Source: Bdellovibrionota bacterium (GTDB taxonomy: Bacteria > Bdellovibrionota > UBA1018 > UBA923). From it: a DNA stretch of 49,660 nt. This document shows, piece after piece, positions 27,765-36,530 of this stretch. The notes beneath the pieces are model-generated. The model saw only the letters and a list, made by a program, of their open reading frames with translations, was not told the DNA's origin and did not search any database. Within the stretch, counting starts at the first letter, position 1. The number at the start of each line of letters is the position of its first letter. The position numbers and the translations under genes were made by a program. The stretch lies in NCBI GenBank assembly GCA_040754655.1, contig JBFMCE010000011.1, positions 1-49,660 of the forward strand. Reading direction: 5' to 3'.

Positions 27765-29047
27765 TAGGATTCGTAGGGCTCTCGCATTTGGGCATCGTCT
27801 CTAGTATTTCGATCGCTTCGAAAGGGTTCAAGGTCGTGGGTTTCGATCCGACCACCGAACTCACATCGAACCTAGAGCAAAACAAACTTCCTGTGCATGA
27901 GCCTGGACTAGACGATTTGCTCGCGAGATCAAAAAACCAAATTTCATTTACTTCTGATCCAAAGAAGCTTGAAGCCTGCGAGATTGTTTACGTCTCGCTG
28001 GATGTGAAGACAGATCAAAACAACTCAAGCGACCTGGGGCCGCTGACAGGATTGATCGAAGAGGTCGCGGCCTATCTCAAGCCAGAAACAATTCTTGTGG
28101 TTTTGAGCCAAGTTCCTCCGGGATTTAGCAGAAAGCTTGCGCTTAAGATCAAAAACCCACTCTATTACCAGGTTGAGACCTTGATTTTTGGGCGTGCGGT
28201 TGAACGTGCTCTCTACCCTGAGCGGTATATCGTGGGTTGCGAGAATCCAGCCAAGTCTCTTCCATCGACTTTTGAGAAGCTTCTGAGAGCGTTTGAATGC
28301 CCGATTCTTCCCATGCGTTATGAGAGCGCCGAGTTGGCGAAGATTTCGATCAATATGTGCCTGGTGTCTTCGATCAGCGTTGCCAATACGCTTGCCGAGA
28401 TTTGCGAGAAGATGGGGGCTGAGTGGTCGGAAATCGCGCCAGCGCTGAAACTCGACAAACGTATTGGCCAGTTCTCCTACCTTAGCCCTGGCCTTGGCAT
28501 CGCCGGCGGAAACCTAGAGCGCGACCTTGCGACGATCTGTCAGCTCGCCCGCGAGTATGGCACCGATGCTGGCGTGGTTGAGGCGTGGGTCGCCAATAGC
28601 AGGCATCGGCTGGATTGGGTGCTGCGTACTTTGCACGGGTCTGTTTTGTCTCAAAACGAAAACCCTACCTTGGGTGTTTGGGGATTGGCCTATAAACCCG
28701 ATACGAAGTCGACGAAGAATTCTCCTTCGTTGCATTTGCTCGGTCAGCTGAAAAGCTTCGCTGTTCGTGCTTATGACCCTCAAGTCGAGCTCAGTACCGA
28801 GCAGCGCGGGAATAAACTCACTCAGGCTGAGTCTGCGGTAGAGGCTGCTCGAGGCGCTACCGCACTTGTCGTGATGACCCCCTGGAAAGAGTTTTCCACG
28901 GCTGACCTCAAGCAAGTGCGGCAAGTGATGGATGGGGATGTGCTGATCGATCCTTACGCCGCGCTTGATCGTCGCGCCTGCATTGAATTGGATTTTACTT
29001 ATTATCGATTGGGTTCTGCTTTGGAACAGCGAGGTGGAGTATGTTGA
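27761..29047 (+). CDS. UDP-glucose/GDP-mannose dehydrogenase-family protein lacking the catalytic Cys (LmbL-like by context)
   Basis: HEPGL, SAELAKISIN, LDKRIG and GLAYKPDT. GIAGGNLERD replaces GxGGxCxxKD. GTG start after GGAGG, with GTGA overlap. Confidence 0.88.
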   Translation: MIGFVGLSHLGIVSSISIASKGFKVVGFDPTTELTSNLEQNKLPVHEPGLDDLLARSKNQISFTSDPKKLEACEIVYVSLDVKTDQNNSSDLGPLTGLIEEVAAYLKPETILVVLSQVPPGFSRKLALKIKNPLYYQVETLIFGRAVERALYPERYIVGCENPAKSLPSTFEKLLRAFECPILPMRYESAELAKISINMCLVSSISVANTLAEICEKMGAEWSEIAPALKLDKRIGQFSYLSPGLGIAGGNLERDLATICQLAREYGTDAGVVEAWVANSRHRLDWVLRTLHGSVLSQNENPTLGVWGLAYKPDTKSTKNSPSLHLLGQLKSFAVRAYDPQVELSTEQRGNKLTQAESAVEAARGATALVVMTPWKEFSTADLKQVRQVMDGDVLIDPYAALDRRACIELDFTYYRLGSALEQRGGVC

Positions 29048-29931
29048 AACATCGATTGCAGCGACCTCAAAACCCGAACCGCGTCGTTCTTTTGGGGGGA
29101 AGTGGTTTTCTTGGAACACGGCTCTCGGCTCTTCTGAGGCAGCAAGGAACCGAAGTCCTCTCGCTTTCTTCAAAAGACCTCGATCTTTCGGTGGCCTCGT
29201 CGGTCGATCAGTTGAAGCAGATCCTTAAGGCCGAAGACAGCCTTGTCATGGCTTCGGCGTTGACGCCAGACAAGGGACGCGATGTGCGTACCTTGATGAA
29301 AAACCTTTCAATGGCGCAAAACGTGGCTGAATATATCGAGCAAAAGACCTTGGCTCATTTGACTTACATCAGCTCAGACGCCGTGTACGATATGTCGGTC
29401 AATCCGGTGCGCGAGGGCTCGCCCTGCACCCCGACCGACTTGTATGCAGCCATGCACATCACCCGAGAGATTGTTTTCAAGGTGGCGGCTCAAAAGTCAA
29501 AGACGCCTTATTTGGTCTTAAGGCCCTGCGCGATTTATGGTTCAGGCGATACCCACAATAGTTACGGCCCGAATCGATTTTTGCGAACAGCCGTGAAAGA
29601 AAAGAAAATTTCTCTTTTTGGCGGCGGAGAAGAGAAACGTGACCATCTTTACATCGACGACGCTGCAAGGCTCGTTAGCGCATGTTTGAGTTTTCAGAGC
29701 GAAGGCGTCTTGAATCTCGCGACAGGCACCTCCGCCTCGTTTTTCGATGTGGCCAGCCAGGTGGCGAACGTCGTGGGAAATGAAACGAAGATCGAGTGCA
29801 GCCCACGGGCGAATCCAGTGACCTATCGTCATTTCGATATCACCGAAACTTTAAGAGCCTTCCCGGACTTCAGGTTCACAAGCCTTCGCGAAGGATTGGC
29901 TTCATTTTACAAGACCGATATGAGAGGGTGA
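29041..29931 (+). CDS. NAD(P)-dependent epimerase/reductase-like SDR with YxxxH
   Basis: GGSGFLG, YISSDAVY, YAAMH and RDHLYIDD. Confidence 0.85.
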   Translation: MLKHRLQRPQNPNRVVLLGGSGFLGTRLSALLRQQGTEVLSLSSKDLDLSVASSVDQLKQILKAEDSLVMASALTPDKGRDVRTLMKNLSMAQNVAEYIEQKTLAHLTYISSDAVYDMSVNPVREGSPCTPTDLYAAMHITREIVFKVAAQKSKTPYLVLRPCAIYGSGDTHNSYGPNRFLRTAVKEKKISLFGGGEEKRDHLYIDDAARLVSACLSFQSEGVLNLATGTSASFFDVASQVANVVGNETKIECSPRANPVTYRHFDITETLRAFPDFRFTSLREGLASFYKTDMRG

Positions 29932-29935
29932 TTCC

Positions 29936-31036
29936 ATGCAAGTCAAATATTCTTATTTAGCTGAACAGTTCGCTGACACCGAAGCTTATTTTCGCGACTT
30001 AAGAGAACTTGTCGCCTCGGGAGAGTTCACCCTCGGGCCTTATGTAGAGGCTTTCGAACGCGACTTCGCAAAGTACGTGGGCGCGAAACATGCAATTGGG
30101 ATGAATACCGGGACAGACGCCTTGATCCTAGCGCTGAAGAGCCTGGGCATTGGAGCAGGTGATGAAGTCATCACAGTGGCTAATACGTTTTATGCCACTG
30201 TCGGAGCAATCGTTGCCACCGGCGCGCGGCCCGTATTCGTAGACAGTGACGACCGTTACAGCATTGATGTCACTCAGATCGAGAATAAGATCACTTCTAG
30301 GACCAAAGCGATTTTACCTGTCCATTGGGCTGGGGCTCCCGCTGAGATGGATGCGATCTTGAATATCGCCGATAAACACGGCGTCTACGTGGTTGAAGAC
30401 GCATGCCCTTCCGTTGGAGCTCGAATCGACGGAAAACACGTCGGCACGTTCGGGGATGTCAATGCGTTCAGCATGCACCCTTTAAAGCCGCTCAATGTCT
30501 GGGGCGATGGTGGCATCATTGTGACTGATGATGACAAGATCAATGATTGGATTCGCTTATACCGCAACCATGGCATGGTGGATCGGGATCACATCGAAAT
30601 ATGGGGCATCAATAACCGGCTTCAACCGGTGCAGGCTGTCGTTGCGAGACGGGTGTTGCCACAAGTTCAAGACCTCACTGAGCGACGCATCCGCAATGCG
30701 CAGCAACTCGACCGTGAGTTGAAGGGATTGGCTGAGTTCGTACGAGTTCCGGCAAGGCCCAAGAACATGCGCGAGGTTTATCAGCTTTATATCGTGAGCG
30801 TGAAGCGTCGGGATGAGCTGTTGAAGCACTTGCAGTCCAAGGGCATTGAAGCCCGCGTGCATTATCCGCTTCCACTGCATTTGCAGAAGGCTGCAGAGGG
30901 CTTGGGATACAAGAAGGGTGATTTTCCTCGGGCGGAACAACAAGCGAACGAGATCATCACTCTGCCTGCGCACCAACATGTGAGCTCAGAGCAAATCTCT
31001 TACATTGTCGATGAAATGAGGTCTTTCTACTTATGA
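29936..31036 (+). CDS. DegT/DnrJ/EryC1/StrS sugar aminotransferase
   Basis: TGTDAL, EDAC, and FSMHPLKPLNVWGDGG with the PLP lysine. Confidence 0.95.
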   Translation: MQVKYSYLAEQFADTEAYFRDLRELVASGEFTLGPYVEAFERDFAKYVGAKHAIGMNTGTDALILALKSLGIGAGDEVITVANTFYATVGAIVATGARPVFVDSDDRYSIDVTQIENKITSRTKAILPVHWAGAPAEMDAILNIADKHGVYVVEDACPSVGARIDGKHVGTFGDVNAFSMHPLKPLNVWGDGGIIVTDDDKINDWIRLYRNHGMVDRDHIEIWGINNRLQPVQAVVARRVLPQVQDLTERRIRNAQQLDRELKGLAEFVRVPARPKNMREVYQLYIVSVKRRDELLKHLQSKGIEARVHYPLPLHLQKAAEGLGYKKGDFPRAEQQANEIITLPAHQHVSSEQISYIVDEMRSFYL

Positions 31037-31755
31037 GTACTGCCGGCGCTTCAAACGCCAAGATCGCCGTCTTTGCCGATGGCGCAAATATTGAAGACAT
31101 GGTGAAACGAAGCCGCGAAGGATTTGTCAAAGGATTCACCACCAATCCAACGTTGATGGCCAAGGCGGGTATTCGCGATTACAAATCTTTCGCAAAAGAG
31201 GTCTTAAAAGAGATCAAGGCTTTGCCTATTTCGTTTGAAGTGTTTTCGGATGAGTTTTCTGAGATGGAACGACAAGCGCTCGAGATCGCGTCATGGGCAT
31301 CAAACGTCAACGTGAAAATTCCCATCACCAATACCAAGGGAGAATCATCGATTCCGTTGATTCAAAGACTCTTTTCCAGAGGGTTGAAACTCAATATCAC
31401 GGCCATACTGACTCAGCAGCAGTTGGATGCCCTGCGTGAGACGATCAGGCCCAATGATGATGCCATTATTTCTGTTTTTGCGGGTCGGATCGCGGATACA
31501 GGTGTTGATCCGATGCCAGTCATGAGCAGGGCGGTAAGAGACTTTTCGTCCAAGCCAGGCTCGAAGATCCTTTGGGCAAGTCCACGCGAAGTTCTGAATT
31601 ATTACCAAGCAGAGGCGTGCGGTTGCCAGATCATCACGATGACGGATGATTTGATCAAAAAACTTTCGCTGCACGGGCGTTCTTTGGCGGATGTTTCCCT
31701 CGATACCGTGAAGATGTTTTACAATGATGCGAAGAAGGCGGAGTTTGTCCTTTAG
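31033..31755 (+). CDS. Short-type transaldolase (LmbR-like by context)
   Basis: FADG, TTNPTL, SFEV, the Schiff-base lysine in VKIP, NIT, SVFAGR and ASPRE. Confidence 0.9.
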   Translation: MSTAGASNAKIAVFADGANIEDMVKRSREGFVKGFTTNPTLMAKAGIRDYKSFAKEVLKEIKALPISFEVFSDEFSEMERQALEIASWASNVNVKIPITNTKGESSIPLIQRLFSRGLKLNITAILTQQQLDALRETIRPNDDAIISVFAGRIADTGVDPMPVMSRAVRDFSSKPGSKILWASPREVLNYYQAEACGCQIITMTDDLIKKLSLHGRSLADVSLDTVKMFYNDAKKAEFVL

Positions 31756-31809
31756 GGCCTGCCGTATGAAAGATGGGTTGGGGCTGCAAAATGCTCTTGG
31801 ATTCAACCA

Positions 31810-32631
31810 GTGAAGAACATCGTTCTTTCGGTCATCACCATCAGTTATAAAGACCCCGACGGCCTGAAGTCCACGTTAGAATCTTTGGCCCCACTGCTCA
31901 GTTCGCCGCTGGAATGGGAGCATGTCGTCATTGATTCTTCCGCCGAATTAAACGACCCGCCTTTAAGCGAGCTCTCGCAACAATGGCCTTTAGTACGCGT
32001 CAAAACCAAGGCCGAGGGCATTTACGCCGCATTTAACCGAGGGATCGAAGTGGCTCGCGGCCAGGTTTTTTGGTTTCTCAACGGCGGAGACCGGTTGCAT
32101 TCTCTCGAAACGCTCATGAAGGCGTTAGAGCTCTTCAAGACGAATGCTTCTATTGACATCGTCTATGCCGATTCGGCGCTCTATCGCGAGCAAAACTACC
32201 TTTACACGCAAGGCCTTCGATCTTCCTTTTTATGGCGGATTTTGGGGCACAATCGGGTCTGTCATCAAGCCTTGCTTTATCGCAGGGAAGTTTTTAAACG
32301 CGTTGGAGTATTTTCGACGCGTTATCATTTGGTGAGCGATTATGAGCACCACTTTCGTTGTTACCAGGCGAAAGTAAAGGTTTCATCGCTTCCAAAGACG
32401 CTGGTTGAATATGATATGGGCGGCAATTCGAGCAATAACGCAAAGGTACTTGCCGAGTTTGAACTGGTGCATCGAAATGTGAAGGCGCTCCTGCCGAAGC
32501 AGATCAACCTGATCAATTGGGTTTGGCTCAAGCTTGAAAGACTGAGAATCATTGTGATCAAAGGATTGGCGCGTTCGCCTTTTTCGAGTTTCTTGCGCCC
32601 GCTTTGGTTGGCCTGGAATAGAAGAAAATAG
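31810..32631 (+). CDS. GT2 glycosyltransferase (WcaE-like)
   Basis: SVITISY, GIYAAFNRG, FLNGGD, CHQA and SDYE. Confidence 0.9.
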   Translation: MKNIVLSVITISYKDPDGLKSTLESLAPLLSSPLEWEHVVIDSSAELNDPPLSELSQQWPLVRVKTKAEGIYAAFNRGIEVARGQVFWFLNGGDRLHSLETLMKALELFKTNASIDIVYADSALYREQNYLYTQGLRSSFLWRILGHNRVCHQALLYRREVFKRVGVFSTRYHLVSDYEHHFRCYQAKVKVSSLPKTLVEYDMGGNSSNNAKVLAEFELVHRNVKALLPKQINLINWVWLKLERLRIIVIKGLARSPFSSFLRPLWLAWNRRK

Positions 32632-32651
32632 GATTTTGCCTCTAAACGACC

Positions 32652-32662
32652 TGTGTTACGGT
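32652..32662 (+). promoter_or_regulatory. Putative extended -10 promoter (TGTGnTACGGT) giving a leaderless transcript
   Basis: TGTG-T-TACGGT ends 7 nt before ATG 32670. No Shine-Dalgarno sequence. Confidence 0.35.
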
Positions 32663-32669
32663 TCAAAAC

Positions 32670-33617
32670 ATGGCAAAAGTTCTTGTTACGGGCGGATCTG
32701 GGTTTATTGGCACTCATCTTTGTCGTCAGCTGACTCAAGAGGGGCACGAAGTTCGGGTTCTCGATCTTGTTAGCGCGAAGACCCCGGTAAAAGGGGTGCA
32801 ATATGAGAAGGGCGACGTACGCATCCCAAAAGATCTTTCTAGGCTGGTTGATGGCGTCGATGCTGTTTATCACCTTGCTGCCATGGTGAGCGTCCCGCTG
32901 TGCCAGGAGCAACCCATTGAAAGTTATGAAACAAACCTGCTTGCCACTTGCAGGGTTTTGGAAGCGGTGAAATCTGAAAGCCAAAAGCGCGGTAAACGCG
33001 TTCGAATGGTTTTCGCCGGATCAAGTGTCGTCTACGGAAATCTTACCCAAGAAGGCGAGGCGCGCAGCGAGACTTCGCAGCTTGCGTGGCCTCCGTCGTT
33101 TTATGGGGCGCAAAAACTGGGGTCTGAGCACACGATTAGCTTGTACCACCAGAATCATGGGATCCCGGCGGTGGTTTTCCGGTTTTTCAATGTCTTTGGG
33201 CCTGGGCAAGATCCCAAGTCTCCGTATTCCGGCGTGATCTCGATTTTTTCCACCGCCATCAAAGAAAGAAAGCCCATGAAACTCAATGGTGGAGGCGCGC
33301 AGACGCGCGACTTTGTTTCTGTGCATGACGTGGCGAGAGCCCTGCGCATGGCGCTGACGCTTGATGAAAGCCGGTGTGACGCGAATGCAATCAATCTGGG
33401 AACGGGAAAGTCGATTACAATTCGAGGCCTGGCGGAAGAGATGTCATTGGCGGCGAATCAAGAATTGTTGATCGAGAACACGCCTCCGAGATCAGGTGAT
33501 GTCGTGCACTCGCGTGCGGATATCGGCCGGGCAAATGAGATCTTGAATTGGAGTCCGCAAGTGGATCTTCGTACGGGATTGGCAGAACTTCTTCATGCAG
33601 AACGCTCACAAGGTTAA
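32670..33617 (+). CDS. UDP-glucose/UDP-GlcNAc 4-epimerase-like SDR
   Basis: TGGSGFIG, HLAAMVSV, YGAQK and FNVFGPGQDPKSPYSGVISIF. Confidence 0.92.
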   Translation: MAKVLVTGGSGFIGTHLCRQLTQEGHEVRVLDLVSAKTPVKGVQYEKGDVRIPKDLSRLVDGVDAVYHLAAMVSVPLCQEQPIESYETNLLATCRVLEAVKSESQKRGKRVRMVFAGSSVVYGNLTQEGEARSETSQLAWPPSFYGAQKLGSEHTISLYHQNHGIPAVVFRFFNVFGPGQDPKSPYSGVISIFSTAIKERKPMKLNGGGAQTRDFVSVHDVARALRMALTLDESRCDANAINLGTGKSITIRGLAEEMSLAANQELLIENTPPRSGDVVHSRADIGRANEILNWSPQVDLRTGLAELLHAERSQG

Positions 33618-34383
33618 GATCTTAGGTTCGGCGATCTCGACTTACGGTCTGGATGAGACGGTCGAGAAGCTGCGTGAACTGAGCCAAGACGGGCAAAAAC
33701 ACTATATTTGCGTCTCGAATGTGCACACCGTCGTGATGGGACTAGACGATCCCCAGTACGCCCACGTCACCAATCAGGCTACACTTGCGACGGCCGACGG
33801 AGTTCCTTTGATTTGGGCTTCTCAGCTTTTAGGCGGTCCTAAGATTCATGGCAGGGCAAGCGGTCCCGATATTTTAAAGGCCATTCTAGTTGATCCTAAA
33901 GCAAAACACCTGCGGCACTATTTCTATGGCTCGACTCCTGAGGTGTTAAAGAGGTTAGAGGTGCGTTTGCGAGAGCTTGCTCCTGATGCTCAGCTTGCGG
34001 GTTTTTATTCACCACCGATGCGGCCGTCGAAGGCGATCGACGCGCCCGCTACTTCTGATGAGCTTGAAGATTGCCAAAAGATCGATGAGGCCAAGCCTCA
34101 TTTGGTTTGGGTAGGACTTGGCGCCCCGAAACAAGAAACCTGGATGTATCGGCTTCGCCCTCATTTGAAGGCCCCGGTTTTGTTGGGGGTGGGCGCGGCA
34201 TTTGATTTTTTGGCAGGCACCAAGAAGCGAGCTCCGGTGTGGATGCAGAAGTCTGGTCTTGAATGGCTACACCGGCTTTCTCAAGAGCCTACCCGGTTGG
34301 CTTCGAGGTATTTCAAAACGAATCCTATCTTTGTGGCAGCCGTAGCGAAGCAGTGCCTTTTGAGCAAAACAAAAGAAAGGTAA
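33595..34383 (+). CDS. WecB/TagA/CpsF (GT26) glycosyltransferase
   Basis: TADGVP, VGLGAPKQE, GVGAAFDF and RAPVWMQKSGLEWLHRL. Confidence 0.95.
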   Translation: MQNAHKVKILGSAISTYGLDETVEKLRELSQDGQKHYICVSNVHTVVMGLDDPQYAHVTNQATLATADGVPLIWASQLLGGPKIHGRASGPDILKAILVDPKAKHLRHYFYGSTPEVLKRLEVRLRELAPDAQLAGFYSPPMRPSKAIDAPATSDELEDCQKIDEAKPHLVWVGLGAPKQETWMYRLRPHLKAPVLLGVGAAFDFLAGTKKRAPVWMQKSGLEWLHRLSQEPTRLASRYFKTNPIFVAAVAKQCLLSKTKER

Positions 34384-34389
34384 CCCAAA

Positions 34390-35649
34390 GTGGCGTTTCC
34401 TCGATGGTTGTTCTGGGCTTTGGCAGGTCAGCTTCTGTTGGCTTTTTTCTTTCCGCCTCTTCCATTGGGCAATCGGTTCTTATTTGCTGCAGACCTATGG
34501 TGTTTGGGATGGGTGAGCTTCGCCGTTTTTCAGTTTCGCAGAAAGTTGTTTGACAGAGACCCTGCGCTCAAGAGGCTTAGGCAAGTATTCTGGGGTTCTT
34601 CTTTGGTGGTCTTGGTGGCATACGCGCATGGGATGTTTCGACCATCAATCGCAGAAGAGTTCGTGAGGCTTTATTACTTTAAGCTCTCAGAGTCGGATCT
34701 CTTCAATCCCTTCCGCGAGTTTGTCGTCGCGCTGCGATTTGTGGTTTGGATTTCTGCTGCCGCATTTGTGCATCATTTTTTTCAGAGTGCGAGAAAATTG
34801 GGGGGAAAAGACGCCAAACAGGCCGAGCAAACCCTCGTCAAGCTCTCAAAGATCTTGGCAGTGAGCGTGATCGTTGCAGTGGCATTTATGGTGATCGAGC
34901 GCGCAAGCTTGCAGGGGGCCGACTTTTTGGCGGAAGTATATTCCTTCGAGCGCAATGCAGACCATTGGCGAGATCGGGCGCATGGTCCGTTTCGCTCGCC
35001 TGTGGAATCAGCGGTGGCGCTGGCCTTGAGTTCGATACTCATCATGGCGTTTCGCCGAAGACTTCCAAAAAAACTTTGGGTTTCCGCTCTGGTTTCGGTG
35101 GTTTTGGGAATTGCGTTGGCGAAAACAGCTACGCCTTTTCTGGTTTTGCTTCTTGTGGCGGTCGTAAGCCTTGCGCCACGCCTGCCTTTGCGTTTGCGCA
35201 GAGGCCTCTTGATCGCCGTGGCTGGTGTTTTAGCATCAGGTGCGATCGCTCTTTTAGCGGATCATCCCTTGGCTTGGGCCAAGATCAATGACCTGCGTTT
35301 TCGTTTTGGCCCCTGGGTTGCCTACCTTAAGCTTTTGCTTTCCAGGCCTGATTATTTTCTACTAGGCCTAGGGTTTGCTCCATATCACACCGATAATGCC
35401 TATATTTTTATTCTCACGCGAACAGGCGTGATGGGTTTTGCTGCGCTATTGTGGTTTCTCGTGAGGCCCATAAAAAAGGCGTGGGCAAGTTGGCCTTGGG
35501 CAGCGCAAGCCTTGCTGATTTATTTGGCGGTAGTGGGGCTGACTCTTGATGCTTGGATCTATCGGCATGTCATTGCGTTGATGCTTGCCATCGGAGTGCC
35601 GTTGCTCGCATTTTCTCGCCGCGGGACGAAGGGAAAGGAAAGAATTTAG
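34390..35649 (+). CDS. O-antigen ligase/polymerase-like multi-TM membrane protein
   Basis: About 10 TM segments, RAHGPFRSP, and GLGF...HTDNAYIFIL..TG resembling the Wzy_C/WaaL region. Confidence 0.65.
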   Translation: MAFPRWLFWALAGQLLLAFFFPPLPLGNRFLFAADLWCLGWVSFAVFQFRRKLFDRDPALKRLRQVFWGSSLVVLVAYAHGMFRPSIAEEFVRLYYFKLSESDLFNPFREFVVALRFVVWISAAAFVHHFFQSARKLGGKDAKQAEQTLVKLSKILAVSVIVAVAFMVIERASLQGADFLAEVYSFERNADHWRDRAHGPFRSPVESAVALALSSILIMAFRRRLPKKLWVSALVSVVLGIALAKTATPFLVLLLVAVVSLAPRLPLRLRRGLLIAVAGVLASGAIALLADHPLAWAKINDLRFRFGPWVAYLKLLLSRPDYFLLGLGFAPYHTDNAYIFILTRTGVMGFAALLWFLVRPIKKAWASWPWAAQALLIYLAVVGLTLDAWIYRHVIALMLAIGVPLLAFSRRGTKGKERI

Positions 35650-36530
35650 GAAATTCGTCTTTCAGCGATGTTTTTCAGAAGCAGCGGCAGCCTTTCGTGG
35701 AACGAAATTTCAGGCCGCCACCGAAAACGCTCCCAAGCAAGATCATTCTTGAACGCGAATCCATAATCACCGCCTTCGGGATTGTAGAGCACTTGGGTGC
35801 GTGGGTTCACAAGCTTCACGAATTCTAAAAGCGAAACTGTATTTTCAAGGCCGCCACCGGCATTCACCTTCACGCCGCCGTGCCTGCCCTCAAGGATGAT
35901 TTGCACCAGGCGCCCAAGGTCATCGACATGCAAGAGATCCCTGAACTGCTTGCCATTCTTGGTGACGGTGACGGGTTTGCCAGCCTGCATGGCTTTGATC
36001 ATGGCAATCACCCAATGGCCGCGGTAGTGGTCGAAGTCGGTGTAACAAGACGAGAGGCGTACGACCGTAGCGAGTTCCAGGGTTTCAACTAGGAATTCGC
36101 TGATGAGTTTCGTTTTGGCGTAAACCGTTTCTGGCGCGAAAGGCTGGCAGTCTGAAATCAGATGTTTGGGCACGTACCGGTCGTCTTCCTCGCTTAGGTC
36201 TTCTAGCCGATATGGAGTTCCATAAACATCTTTGCTTGAGAAATGGATGAGCTTGATCGGAAGGTCTCGCAAAACTTCGACAAGATGGCGCACACCCGCC
36301 ACGTTCACTGCATCCGATGGCGATCCGACCAGGTACCTTGATGAAACCCTGTCTTGAACGGCGGCGCAGTTGATCACGGCTTGGATTTGATTTTTAATGA
36401 GGTAGTCGCGCTCAAGCGATGCAATATCCTGGGCACGGCTCCAGCCGAGCACCTCATGATCTTGACGTGAGAACGCTCTAAAGAGCCCTGCGCCAAGATA
36501 ACCTTCATGTCCGATGATCAAGATTTTCAT
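35646..36530 (-). CDS. NAD-dependent epimerase/dehydratase
   Basis: IGHEGYLG, SSKDVYG, YAKTK and RDLLHVDD. ATGA overlap with the GNAT gene stop. Confidence 0.85.
   Translation of the reverse strand: MKILIIGHEGYLGAGLFRAFSRQDHEVLGWSRAQDIASLERDYLIKNQIQAVINCAAVQDRVSSRYLVGSPSDAVNVAGVRHLVEVLRDLPIKLIHFSSKDVYGTPYRLEDLSEEDDRYVPKHLISDCQPFAPETVYAKTKLISEFLVETLELATVVRLSSCYTDFDHYRGHWVIAMIKAMQAGKPVTVTKNGKQFRDLLHVDDLGRLVQIILEGRHGGVKVNAGGGLENTVSLLEFVKLVNPRTQVLYNPEGGDYGFAFKNDLAWERFRWRPEISFHERLPLLLKNIAERRIS

Noticed and set aside
27761..29047. Calling the gene ugd (UDP-glucose 6-dehydrogenase)
   Set aside because: The catalytic Cys is replaced by Asn, and the GxGxxG and KST motifs are altered (GLSHLG, LSQ).
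20809..31755. A lincomycin/celesticetin antibiotic biosynthetic cluster
   Set aside because: No adenylation or carrier-protein genes, no propylproline genes, no mycothiol/ergothioneine-processing genes and no Erm or ABC-F resistance genes are visible. The neighbours are surface-glycan transferases.
31033..31755. Fructose-6-phosphate aldolase (fsa)
   Set aside because: It has the transaldolase-type Glu and Phe rather than the FSA-type Gln and Tyr.
35526..35533. GGCGGTAG ops/JUMPstart-like element
   Set aside because: It lies inside a coding region near its 3' end, not in an operon leader.
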